NCBI GenBank assembly: GCA_965219445.1
Contig: CBDCNQ010000004.1
Location: 1,088,001-1,152,000, forward strand
Origin: Longimicrobiales bacterium
GTDB taxonomy: Bacteria; Gemmatimonadota; Gemmatimonadetes; Longimicrobiales; Gaopeijiaceae
DNA: 64,000 bases
Reading direction: 5' to 3'
This document shows positions 38,636 through 48,386 of this stretch, in pieces. Each line of letters opens with the position of its first letter. The first letter of the stretch is position 1. The position numbers and the translations under genes are program-made. A model generated the notes under the pieces. The model did not search any database. It saw only the letters and a list, made by a program, of their open reading frames with translations, and was not told where the DNA came from.

Positions 38636-39844
38636 CCGCCTGACGTACTTCGTCAGCCCGCCGTCCACTGCAGGCAGGGACCCCGGCCCTTCCGCCGCAT
38701 ACACATTTCCATCGCCGTCAACCGATACGCCTTCCCCGGCGACGTTCTGGGGCCGGTCTTCATAGGCGTGCCCCGGGATGAACGCGGTGACCACGTCGGC
38801 GGTGGCGCTCCCGATTCGGATGCCGGTACTCCAGCCGGGGTGGTTCGTGTCTCTCGTTTCGGAGTCGATCGCGTACAACATGTCATCATCGGTGATGAAT
38901 AGGCCGCTGATCCGGCTGAACTGGTAGTACGAGTCGAGGTAGTTCCCGTCCTGGTCGAAGATCTGGATCCGGTGGTTGCCCCGGTCGGCCACGAAGAGGC
39001 GGCCCCGCGAGTCGAACTCCAACGCGTGCGGGGTCCGGAACTCGCCGGTACCGGTCCCGATCTGCCCCCATTCCATGATGAACTCGCCGTCGGGGGTGTA
39101 CTTCAGGATCCGTCCGGTGGAGCCCGCGGGAGGGTCCTGACTCTGCCCGTTGTGCCCGTCCGCAACGAAGATGTTTCCGTTCGGCGCCGTGATCACATCG
39201 TTCGGCTGGTTGAGTTGGCCGGGACCACTTCCCGGCACGCCGGCCTGGCCGAGTCGCATCAGGACCTCGCCCTCCGGGCTGAATTTGATCACCTGATGAC
39301 CCTTCGTACCGGCCTCGTTCCCGGCGAAGTCGGTCACCCAGACGTTGCCGTCGTCGTCCACGTGAATTCCGTGGGGGGTGACGAACAGGCCCGCACCAAA
39401 GCTGGCCAACAACTCTCCGGTGTTATGGTCGTACTTGACGATCGGGTCCACGGGGTTGTTCTCGCAGTTGATCCCGGGTCCACCCGCCGAGCCCGATCCG
39501 CACCGGTCGTAGGCCCACACGTGCCCATCGGGTCCGATATCGGTGCCCGCCGTCGAGCCCCATTCGCGGCCGTCGGGCAGCAGTCCCCAGTTCGTCATCA
39601 CGGTCGGATTGGGGTTCGAGAGCATGTTCAGCGCCGGGTCGGTGACCATATCCGCCGGCGTGTTGGTGGTGCCCGGCGGCGGGAGCATGAAGGCTGGCGC
39701 CTCATCGCCGGCGGTCATTTCACTACTCATGACCACTTCATCTTCCATGGCCATTTCATCGTCGGCGGGCCCGGCACATCCCGCGATCAGTGTCAGGGAA
39801 AGAGCGAAGGGGATTACACGCATCGAGTGCTTGGAGAATGACAT
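38633..39844 (-). CDS. NHL-repeat lipoprotein (PAL/alpha-amidating lyase-like)
   Basis: Lipobox IAGC; PHGIHVD, PNDV, VADRGNHRIQIFD. Confidence 0.85.
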   Translation of the reverse strand: MSFSKHSMRVIPFALSLTLIAGCAGPADDEMAMEDEVVMSSEMTAGDEAPAFMLPPPGTTNTPADMVTDPALNMLSNPNPTVMTNWGLLPDGREWGSTAGTDIGPDGHVWAYDRCGSGSAGGPGINCENNPVDPIVKYDHNTGELLASFGAGLFVTPHGIHVDDDGNVWVTDFAGNEAGTKGHQVIKFSPEGEVLMRLGQAGVPGSGPGQLNQPNDVITAPNGNIFVADGHNGQSQDPPAGSTGRILKYTPDGEFIMEWGQIGTGTGEFRTPHALEFDSRGRLFVADRGNHRIQIFDQDGNYLDSYYQFSRISGLFITDDDMLYAIDSETRDTNHPGWSTGIRIGSATADVVTAFIPGHAYEDRPQNVAGEGVSVDGDGNVYAAEGPGSLPAVDGGLTKYVRR

Positions 39845-40013
39845 AGCGGCCTCACTTGAGGATATGTTTTTGACACGCCTATTGGATGCCGTGTCGACCC
39901 TGGACATAGTGAGTTCGCGCCGGAGGCTGCGCAAGAAGAGCGGGGGCTAACCCCCCCCCGAACACCCGGAGTAATGAGCGGCGTTCAGGGGGAATCGAAG
40001 GGCAGGCCGGCTA

Positions 40014-40451
40014 CTATTTGAAGAGCGCCTCGAAGTGGGCGATGCACGCGCCCCAACCGTGCTCATGACTCTCCTTCGCCTCCACAGCCGGGAAGCCCGT
40101 GTGGAGGAGGACGACCTCCGTCGCATCACCGCGGGCCTCGAACTCCACGGTAACGAGCGTCTCACCCATGCGGTTGTCCTCTTCCTTCCAATCCCACGTA
40201 TAGACCAAACGATTCGGCGCGTCGATTTCCTTGTAGGTGCCGACGGCCGTGTGCTCGGTTTCTCCGACACGCATTCTGATCGTGTACTCTCCTCCGACCC
40301 GGAAGTCGCTTGCGACGTCCTGGACCCCGCCCGGCTCGGGGCACGACCACTGCCTCATCAGGTCCGGCTGCGTCCACGCGTTCCAGACTGCCTGTTGATC
40401 CGCCTGAATCAGGCGAGTCATACGGAGGGAGTTCATGGTTTCGACACTCAT
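40014..40451 (-). CDS. SRPBCC/AHSA1 domain protein
   Basis: VWNAWTQP, DFRVGG.Y, RLVYTW, H..GW. Confidence 0.88.
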   Translation of the reverse strand: MSVETMNSLRMTRLIQADQQAVWNAWTQPDLMRQWSCPEPGGVQDVASDFRVGGEYTIRMRVGETEHTAVGTYKEIDAPNRLVYTWDWKEEDNRMGETLVTVEFEARGDATEVVLLHTGFPAVEAKESHEHGWGACIAHFEALFK

Positions 40452-40828
40452 TTGGGTTTTCCTCCTTCGTTGGGAAGCTGCTCGCTGGCTCCCCCCGTCC
40501 CCGGACCCTCCAGGAAGGTGGCCAGCGAATCCAGCTGCTGTGTCCAGAATTCGCGATGCGCTTCGATCCAGTCACTCGCAACCTCAATGGAGTCCGGGTC
40601 GAAGGAGCATCGGCGCACGCGGCCATCCTTCTCTCGCCGAATCAAGCCCGCCTCCCCCATGACCTTCAGATGTTTCGAGATGGCCATGAGAGAAACTTCG
40701 AACGGCTCTGCCAGATCGCTGACCGATGCGCTTCCCTTGGTGGCGAGCCGGGTCAGCATCGCACGACGAATGGGGTGCGCCAGCGCGGCGAATGTTCGGT
40801 CCAGTTTTTCGTCTGAGAAGGCTACCAC
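40448..40828 (-). CDS. ArsR/SmtB family transcriptional regulator
   Basis: FAALAHPIRR, ISKHLKVM..AGLI. Confidence 0.9.
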   Translation of the reverse strand: MVAFSDEKLDRTFAALAHPIRRAMLTRLATKGSASVSDLAEPFEVSLMAISKHLKVMGEAGLIRREKDGRVRRCSFDPDSIEVASDWIEAHREFWTQQLDSLATFLEGPGTGGASEQLPNEGGKPK

Positions 40829-40836
40829 GCGCGGCT

Positions 40837-40866
40837 CCTATACTAAACTTGTTGGTTTACTATAGG
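40837..40866. promoter_or_regulatory. 12-6-12 inverted repeat, probable ArsR autoregulatory operator
   Basis: CCTATACTAAAC-TTGTTG-GTTTACTATAGG (1 mismatch), just upstream of the ArsR start. Confidence 0.7.
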
Positions 40867-40985
40867 CGCACAGCGGGTCTCCGGCAAGGGTGGGGGTGCG
40901 CTCTACCAGCAGAGCCTCGGACTAGCGAACGGGCCGGACCTCAAGGTCCGACCCGTGCCTCCGCTGACGGTGCGCGGACGATAAG

Positions 40986-41525
40986 CTACTGAATCGTGGC
41001 AGTCCCGGCTGGGAAGCTGGCTAGGTTGCTGGGGATCGAATAGGTGACGTGGTCGGTGGCATTGGCTTCGATCGGGCCGGCCAGCGGCTTGAGCGTGAAC
41101 GGCGCTGCCGAGTCGTCCGGCTCAGGCTCGATCGAGATCACCGCGGTGCCACCGGCGAGATCAGTTGGAAAGACCAGCCCCATCGGGGCGTTCATGAGGA
41201 AGTCTTCCCCGGGGAACGGAGGTCCTGGCTGACTGCCGCTGAACGGGGCACTGAGGTCCGCAGCGTCCGTCGCGGTGAAGCGGCCGGTCGTGACCGGGGT
41301 CCCCTCGATCACGGCCCAACCCTCGAAGGCCCACCCCGCGGGGAGGGTCGGGAGGTCTAGCCCTTCGGCCGGGCTACCCGACGCGAGGGACAGGAACCAG
41401 ATACCACTGTTCTCGTTGGCGGCAGGGTCGTTCGTCGGTGTCGCGAGGATGAAAGACCCCGAGGCACCGGTGAAGTCGTCACCGAGCGCCGATCCGTCGC
41501 CCACCGAAAGGCCGGCTGCTCCGGT
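40986..41525 (-). pseudogene. 5'-truncated secreted protein (RskA-C/'anti-sigma factor'-annotated family)
   Basis: ILATPT, SGIWFL, LP.LPAGW.FEGW, PPFPGEDFL, ISIEP; in-frame stop near 41550; no signal peptide or RBS. Confidence 0.6.
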
Positions 41526-41603
41526 ATGTTCGGTGAGGCCTGCGACGGGTTACGGCAGCTACGACACACGTGATGGCGGGCACGACGCCCCTGGGAACCA
41601 CCG

Positions 41604-43393
41604 ATGACGGTTTCGCTACAGCGCACGCTTCTGGGCCTCGTTCTTCTGGTCCTCCTGGTAGGGCTCGTCCCGGCGGGTGTTCTCCTCGATCGCCGCTTGC
41701 TTGCCTCACTCGAGGACGGGGTGCGTGCCGAGCTGCTCGCCGCGCCACTCGTGCTCCAGGACAGGTTCCAGAACCAGGCCGGCGCACGCATGATGCACGC
41801 GCGTGAGATCTCGGCGAGCGAGGTGCTCGCCAGAGCCATCCGGACGGCGGATACTATGAGCGCGGTCGAGGAAGCTCTTCGCATATCCGACGCGTTTCCC
41901 GGTGAGTTGCCCATCGTGATCGGACCCGACGGAGCCAGCTGGGCCGGGCCGATGATGCCGGCTCAGGTCGTAGACCAGACGAAGGATGGAGCGGCACCGG
42001 TGCTTGTCGTGAAGACGCAGGAGGAGCTCGGAACAGTCGCGCTGGCTCCCGTCGGGATGCCCGAGCAGTGGGCGGGGGCAGCGGGTGTCTGGGTTCCGAT
42101 GGTGTCGCAAGAGGCGATACAGCTCTCGGCGCTGACCCGCTCCGATGTGCTCATCACGGCGCCCGATGGGGCTCCGGGTGCGTACACCGGCCGAGCCGAG
42201 CCGGCGATGGGGCTCTTCGGTCTTCTCTCTGGGCTACCGGACTCCGAGGAGGTCGCACAGCTCACGTGGGAGGGCGAGCGGTACCTCGTCGTGACGGCCG
42301 GCGTCCCGGGCGGCGCACGGGTGACGTTCGTACGGGCCCTCGCCGAAGAGCTCGCCATCGTTCCGGCGCTGCGCTCTGTCGGATTCCTGGTGTTGGCTCT
42401 TTCGGCGCTGTTCGCGCTCGTCGTGGGCGCTTGGCTCGCCGCTCGCTTCGCGCGCCCGGTGCATGCACTGGCTGAGGCGGCCCAACGAATCACCCATGGC
42501 AACTTCGAAGCGCCCGTGGAGCGTTCGGCCATTTCGGAGGTAGATCAGGTGGCGTCGGCCTTCGAAGTGATGCGCGATGCGCTCGCGGCCCGAATCGCCG
42601 AGCTGAGCGAAACCAACAAGGCGCTCGAGGACCGGCAGGCGCGGCTGGGCATGCTCCAGGCTCAGCTCGTCCAGAGAGACCGACTCTCGGCCGCGGCGCG
42701 CCTGCTCGCACAGCTTGCGCACGAGGTCCGCAATCCGGTCGCGAGCGTTCGGAACTGCCTCGAGATCCTCCGCAGGCGGGTGGCCGACGATCCGGAGGCG
42801 AGAGACTTTGCCGACCGCGCCATCGACGAGCTCCTCCGCATGCATGAGCTCGCCGAGCACATGCTCGACCTACATCGCCCGAGGAGCTGGGAGGGGGATT
42901 GCGACGCGGTTGTGGTGGCCGAGGAGGTCGCCGCACTGGTCCGCATCGGCCTCGGCGACCGGGATGTTGCGGTGACGGTTGGATCCAAGGGACCTGTGCA
43001 GGTGGCGATCCCGACCGACGCGCTCAAGCAGGTGCTGCTGAACCTGGTGCAGAACGCGCAGGCGCGCTTGGCGCGGCGGGAAACATCGACATCGTCGTAG
43101 AGGCTAGCGGGGAACGGGCCACGCTCCAGGTCACCGACGACGGGCCCGGCATCGACGACTCGGCACTTCCTCACCTGTTCGACCCGTTCTTCACGACCAA
43201 GGCCGACCTGCGGGGCGTGGGCCTGGGCCTTTTCACCGCCGACGGGCTCGCCCGGACGCACGGCGGGAGGATCATGGCAGGGAATCGGCCGGAGGGTGCG
43301 GGCGCGGTGCTCACAGTCGAGCTACCCCTGGCGTCCAGGTCCGAAGAACGGGTTGCACACACAGCTGGTCTGTCGGCGGAGACGACATCATGA
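41604..43393 (+). pseudogene. HAMP sensor histidine kinase, frameshifted near 43062
   Basis: H-box AHEVRNP and N-box NLVQNA in the first frame; DDGPGI, FDPFFTTK, GLGL in the second. Confidence 0.85.
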
Positions 43394-44736
43394 CCCCACG
43401 CCGCCTCCTTATCGTCGACGACGACCCGACGTTTCGCATGTCGACCGCCGCTCTCATGCGCGAGGACGGACATGAAGTCGAGGAGGCGGCCGACGGTCAG
43501 ACGGCGATCGAGCAGCTCAAGGAGTCCGACTTCGACCTGATTCTCCTCGACCTGCGCATGCCAGGGTTGGACGGGATCGGGATCGTCGAGGTACTTCGCA
43601 CGTGGGGCGAGGACACACCGATTCTCATGATCAGCGGATTTGGAACCGTCGATGCCGCCGTGGCTGCCCTCCATACGGGAGTAGACGACTTTCTCACGAA
43701 GCCCGTCGAACCCGACGTCCTGAGTGCGCGGGTGGATGCGTTGCTGGCGAGGCGACCATCGGTCCCATCAGCCGGTGCGGAGCCCCCTGGCGGACTCTTG
43801 GGCCGCTCGCCATCGATGCGGATGGTGTTCGAGATCATCGCGCGCGTCGCGCCTACCGACGCTACGGTGCTGGTGACCGGCGAGACCGGCACGGGCAAGG
43901 AGCTCGTGGCTCGAGCGATTCACCAGCTGTCGGACCCGAAAGATGGACCGTTCGTTGCGGTGAACTGCGCAGCCCTCGCCGAGGGTGTGCTCGAGTCCGA
44001 GCTCTTCGGGCACGTGCGAGGGGCTTTCACCGGCGCCGCACGTGACCGCAAGGGGCTTTTCGCCGCAGCGGACGGCGGGACACTGTTGCTCGACGAGATC
44101 GGTGATGTCTCACTCGGGATGCAGCATCGCCTGCTGCGGGTCCTACAGGAGCGGGAATTCACGCCCGTAGGCGCGGTGAAGCCCGTGTCGGTGGACGTCC
44201 GGATCATCGCCGCCACGAACCGCGACCTCCGGGCGGAGATGGAGGCCGGCCGCTTCCGCGACGACCTCTACTACCGGCTGAACGTCGTGCGCATCGACGT
44301 ACCACCGCTGAGGGAGCGCCGCGAGGACATCCCTCTCATCGCGGAGTCGTTCTTCCGCCTTGTCGACCTTCCGCCGCACGCCGCCTGCTCTCCGCTCGCG
44401 ATGCGTCACCTGCTAGCGTATCGCTGGCCCGGTAATGTCCGGCAGCTCCTGGCGGCCCTGGAGAGCGCCCGGATCCAGTCAGGCGGGCGTCGGATCGAGG
44501 CGCAGCACCTTCCCGGTGAGGTACGCGGGCAAGTCGCTCGCGAGGACGACCCGTATGAGCGGTACCGCCAGACCAGCGCGCCCGAACACGAGCGCGCCGC
44601 GATCACCAGGGCGCTCACCGAAACAGGAGGGGCCCGCAACACCGCAGCCGAGCGGCTCGGGATGAGCCGCACGACGCTGTGGCGGAAGATGAAGCAGTAC
44701 GGGTTGGAAGGACGGGACGTAGTGGACGCCGGGTAG
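43390..44736 (+). CDS. Sigma-54-dependent response regulator (NtrC family)
   Basis: Receiver (IVDDD, LDLRMP), GETGTGKE, GAFTGA, WPGNVR, Fis HTH. Confidence 0.95.
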   Translation: MTPRRLLIVDDDPTFRMSTAALMREDGHEVEEAADGQTAIEQLKESDFDLILLDLRMPGLDGIGIVEVLRTWGEDTPILMISGFGTVDAAVAALHTGVDDFLTKPVEPDVLSARVDALLARRPSVPSAGAEPPGGLLGRSPSMRMVFEIIARVAPTDATVLVTGETGTGKELVARAIHQLSDPKDGPFVAVNCAALAEGVLESELFGHVRGAFTGAARDRKGLFAAADGGTLLLDEIGDVSLGMQHRLLRVLQEREFTPVGAVKPVSVDVRIIAATNRDLRAEMEAGRFRDDLYYRLNVVRIDVPPLRERREDIPLIAESFFRLVDLPPHAACSPLAMRHLLAYRWPGNVRQLLAALESARIQSGGRRIEAQHLPGEVRGQVAREDDPYERYRQTSAPEHERAAITRALTETGGARNTAAERLGMSRTTLWRKMKQYGLEGRDVVDAG

Positions 44737-44801
44737 CTCGCTCCGGGGGCTCCCACGCGCTCCAAGTAGGTGTAAGTCCCTCGATCCCGAGGATTAGCCC
44801 A

Positions 44802-45440
44802 TTGTTAAGACTCGAAGCGAACCACGAGCCGGAGCTCAACAGGCGCGAGGCTTTCCAGGCCGCGGCGTCCCAGCTCGACGCCACCTTCGTGGCGGGAAGG
44901 CTGAGCTCCGGCGACAAGGTCCACCTCGAGCACGGCCCATGGAGGGTGATCCTCGACACCTACGTCGTGAATGGCCAGAGCCCCATTACGTATACACGAG
45001 TGCGGGCCTTATATGTAGCGAAGGAGGACTTCACCCTCCGCATCTCCCGGAGGAACGTCTTCACGCGGATCGCGGAGCTCTTCGGCTTCTACGGGCTCCC
45101 GATCGGTGATCGGGAATTCGAGCACAAATACACGATCAAGAGCTCCAACGAGCCACGCGGCCGGTCCCTCATGACGGACCGGCGGCTCCGGGACCTGATC
45201 AAGGGCCAACCGTCACTCCGGCTGGAGATCCGGCGGTGCCCGTGGGGGAAGCGCAGAAAGACGGGGGACGGGGTCCGGGCGGTGACGGTCGGGATCCCGG
45301 GCGTCATTAGGGAGCCGGACCGTCTGGTAGACTACGTCCTTCTCGTGGCCGCGACCCTGGACCAGCTCCTGAGGATCGGCGGGGCCTACAATGAGTCCGT
45401 GGCGAAGGGTCGCACCTACGCTCTTTGCCGACGCGTCTAG
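44802..45440 (+). CDS. Hypothetical protein (DUF3137-like)
   Basis: W.VILDTY, YTRVRA.Y, IGD.EF; start uncertain. Confidence 0.55.
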   Translation: MLRLEANHEPELNRREAFQAAASQLDATFVAGRLSSGDKVHLEHGPWRVILDTYVVNGQSPITYTRVRALYVAKEDFTLRISRRNVFTRIAELFGFYGLPIGDREFEHKYTIKSSNEPRGRSLMTDRRLRDLIKGQPSLRLEIRRCPWGKRRKTGDGVRAVTVGIPGVIREPDRLVDYVLLVAATLDQLLRIGGAYNESVAKGRTYALCRRV

Positions 45441-45468
45441 CGCGACATTTGCTCGCTGGATACGCCCG

Positions 45469-46077
45469 TCAAAAAAAGGGCCGGAAGGCCGTGGAATCCG
45501 GCGTCACTGTGATCTCCCGGACGACGGGTGCCTCGTCCTCCAAGAATTCAGTAGAGGTGGTGAAGAAGCCGGCAGCGTAGAGGATCACCGTGACCGGGCC
45601 GTCGGTTTCGTTGAGCCAGTACCAGCCGTGGATCCCCGGAAAGGGCGCGACGTAGCTTCCGTGCCGGGCGAGCGTCTCCTCGGCGACCTCGAAGAACTCG
45701 GCCGTGCCCTCGGGTGAACCGTCAGCCTCGCTGTGCATCTCGGAGCGAACCCAGGAGGACGCGGTCCACGAATACACTATCGTTCGGCCCGCCTCGAGTC
45801 GATACTTGTATTCGACGAAACCGCCGGGCTCGAGCTCGAACGTCCTCAGATCCGTGCGATAGCTACTCCGGTAGGCGCTGAGGCCATCAGTACGTACGGG
45901 AATCGCACCGCTTCCGGGTTCCGAAAGGATGCGCAGCCCAAGAGCCTCGCCGATTCCCAGGGGATCGATGTCGTACTCGGCCGGCAGGACGGCGGCGACG
46001 AGAACAATGCCGGCCACCAGGAAGGCCGCCAGGGTCGCCCAAGCCAGTTTGGCTTTCGATGGGAGTTCAGGATTCAC
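45469..46077 (-). CDS. Membrane-anchored partner of HupE/UreJ protein
   Basis: VLPAEYDIDPLGIG, APFPGIHGWYW.N; GTGA overlap. Confidence 0.75.
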   Translation of the reverse strand: MNPELPSKAKLAWATLAAFLVAGIVLVAAVLPAEYDIDPLGIGEALGLRILSEPGSGAIPVRTDGLSAYRSSYRTDLRTFELEPGGFVEYKYRLEAGRTIVYSWTASSWVRSEMHSEADGSPEGTAEFFEVAEETLARHGSYVAPFPGIHGWYWLNETDGPVTVILYAAGFFTTSTEFLEDEAPVVREITVTPDSTAFRPFF

Positions 46078-46784
46078 GACGCGTTCACGAAAAATCCGAC
46101 GATCTGATATCCCATGAGCATGAAACCTCCGGCCATGAGCAGAGAGTTCGTCACGAAGGCATGCTTCAGGAATCCGTCCCGTGTACGCCAGAAACTCAAG
46201 GCGATGAGAACGCCCATCAGCGCCAGGATCTGCCCGATTTCGACGCCGACGTTGAAGCTGAGCATGTTCGTGACTAGCCCCTCTTGCGAGATCGAGTACT
46301 CCTGAATCGTCGTCGCCAGACCGAATCCGTGGAAGAGACCGAACGTGAGGACCGCGATCTTGGTGTTCGGCTGGACGCCTAGGTAGCGGCGAAAGCCGTC
46401 CATATTGTCGAACGCCTTGTATACGACCGAGAGGCCGATGATGGCGTCGACGACGAATGGGTTCGCTTGCACCCCCCCGAGAACACCCACCAGCAGCGTA
46501 ATGCTGTGTCCCAGGGTGAAGAGACTCACGTATAAGACCACGTCCTGAAGACGATACAGGAAGAAGATGACGCCGACGAGGAAGAGCAGGTGGTCGTAGC
46601 CGGTGAACATGTGCTTTGCGCCGAGATACATGAACGGCCCGATCGCCGCACCCACGTTCGTGAGGAAGAACGAGGCGTCGTCCTGTGCCACCCCGTGGGC
46701 GGCAGCTGCGATGTCCACTTCCCACACGAAGAGGAGGGTGCACAGCAGGCCTGCGGACGCGCTCCACCGCCGCAAGACCTTCAC
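46074..46784 (-). CDS. HupE/UreJ family protein
   Basis: LGAKHMFTGYDHLLF, GHSITL, FGLFHGFG, FNVGVEIGQ. Confidence 0.9.
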   Translation of the reverse strand: MKVLRRWSASAGLLCTLLFVWEVDIAAAAHGVAQDDASFFLTNVGAAIGPFMYLGAKHMFTGYDHLLFLVGVIFFLYRLQDVVLYVSLFTLGHSITLLVGVLGGVQANPFVVDAIIGLSVVYKAFDNMDGFRRYLGVQPNTKIAVLTFGLFHGFGLATTIQEYSISQEGLVTNMLSFNVGVEIGQILALMGVLIALSFWRTRDGFLKHAFVTNSLLMAGGFMLMGYQIVGFFVNAS

Positions 46785-46908
46785 AGGGCTTTCTCGACGG
46801 AAAATCGGCCCTCGATGGGCGTGTTCACGAGAGTGAGAGGATCTAACATGCCGGATAAGATGCCTCCAACTCGTGCGAACCAGCAAGCGCCGCCGGGCTT
46901 GCCGGAGT

Positions 46909-47658
46909 TTAGAGCTCAGAATCTGAGCGGAACCGACCCTGTCGGAGAAAGTTCACGACCTCCTCAGCCACATCCCGGCGGTTCATGATGAACGTGTGCG
47001 TCGCGGAGACCACCATGAAGTCCGTCGCCCCGTCGACCCTGGCCCGGTCGACGCCCACCTTTCCATCATCCGGTCCTGGAATGAGCCACGAACCCAACGG
47101 GCTCAAGCTCCGATCACCGGTGACGATGCCGAGCGCGAATCGCACGGGCCCCAGCTGACTCGAGATGCCAGCGGAGTCGGTCCCGAGTTGCGAGCCGGCG
47201 GGACCCAAAAGGGACTGAAGCAGCGGAGAGTCGGCGAAGGCGTCGACGAACTCGCTCCCCTGGCTCGGGGGACTCAACATGACGACACGCCCGGCATGTG
47301 CCTGGGGCTTCTGGCCGAGGTAGCTCCGGACTAACAATCCGCCCATCGAGTGAGTGACGAAATGCACCTCGTCCGCCTCGTCCCCACAGCACCGCTCCAC
47401 TTCGGCCTGGAGCCGATCGACGAGTGCTTCCATGGATTCCGTCGTCGATGGATATCCAAAACTGACTACGCGAAAGCTGGCACTCTTGAGGCGCGACACC
47501 AGAATCGTCATCGAGGCGGGCGTACGGCCCAGGCCGTGCACAACGATCACAGACTCGGCCCCATCCGGGGGTGGAGCCGAGCAACCGGACAAGAGCCATA
47601 GAAGCGCGCAGGTCGGCGCGAGCTTCGGCCTACCCCAATGCGTGCGTAAGTGCTTCAA
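46909..47658 (-). CDS. Alpha/beta hydrolase lipoprotein (lipase-like)
   Basis: Lipobox LSGC; HGLGR, THSMGG, DDGKV, HTFIM. Confidence 0.85.
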   Translation of the reverse strand: MKHLRTHWGRPKLAPTCALLWLLSGCSAPPPDGAESVIVVHGLGRTPASMTILVSRLKSASFRVVSFGYPSTTESMEALVDRLQAEVERCCGDEADEVHFVTHSMGGLLVRSYLGQKPQAHAGRVVMLSPPSQGSEFVDAFADSPLLQSLLGPAGSQLGTDSAGISSQLGPVRFALGIVTGDRSLSPLGSWLIPGPDDGKVGVDRARVDGATDFMVVSATHTFIMNRRDVAEEVVNFLRQGRFRSDSEL

Positions 47659-48376
47659 AGCTCTCCTCGAAGGTGCTCGTGGTCACGATGATGGGAGATC
47701 CGACGGCCACATGGATGGTCGAAAAGGGTAGAGGCTGCATCTTCCGATCCCAGGAAGAGGATCGTAGAGATCTCGTCGCCGAAATGTGCATCGGTACGAT
47801 CGGCACACCACTCTGAAGTGCAATATGAAGCACGCCCTTCTTCAGTGTTCGCGCCGGTCCACGGGGTCCGTCCGGCGCGATGACTGTCGAGTACCCGTCC
47901 TTGAGGTACGTCACGAGCTCGTCCGCCGCCCGGCGTCCGTCATGCCCCGTTGATCCGAGAACGAATCGCTGCACACCGATCAGACTCAGCAGCACAGCGA
48001 CCGGCTTCGTGTACCAGGCCGGATGCTGCAGCCAGGCGTGCGGCCGCTGCCGAAGATAGGCCGGAAGACGGGGAGTCCACCCTTGAAAGGACAGGGGACC
48101 GGACTCGTGCCACTGGCAGAAGATGTAGTTCGAGTCGGCCGAGACGTTCTGCGTACCCGTTACCCGAACGGCAACGGTCAGACGCAGCAGCAGCAGGAAC
48201 GTGAACCAGAGGGACCCCAATACATACCCGTACACGAGGAAAGGAACCCGGAATACGAGCGGGACATTATCTATCCGATATCGACTGAACAGATCTCTTC
48301 TCCTCCGCCTTGATCTACCCCTGAAATCCGTTCGGGCACCGCGGTCCTCTCGGTGAGCTCCTGACCTCTCCATCAC
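47630..48376 (-). CDS. DUF374/lysophospholipid acyltransferase-like protein
   Basis: WH, PDGPRGP, SWD..Q.LPFS; start may be nearer 48292. Confidence 0.75.
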   Translation of the reverse strand: MMERSGAHREDRGARTDFRGRSRRRRRDLFSRYRIDNVPLVFRVPFLVYGYVLGSLWFTFLLLLRLTVAVRVTGTQNVSADSNYIFCQWHESGPLSFQGWTPRLPAYLRQRPHAWLQHPAWYTKPVAVLLSLIGVQRFVLGSTGHDGRRAADELVTYLKDGYSTVIAPDGPRGPARTLKKGVLHIALQSGVPIVPMHISATRSLRSSSWDRKMQPLPFSTIHVAVGSPIIVTTSTFEESFEALTHALG

Positions 48377-48386
48377 AGAGCAATCG

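Noticed and set aside
43050..43075. Programmed frameshift in the histidine kinase
   Set aside because: No slippery sequence; a simple indel or sequencing error is more likely
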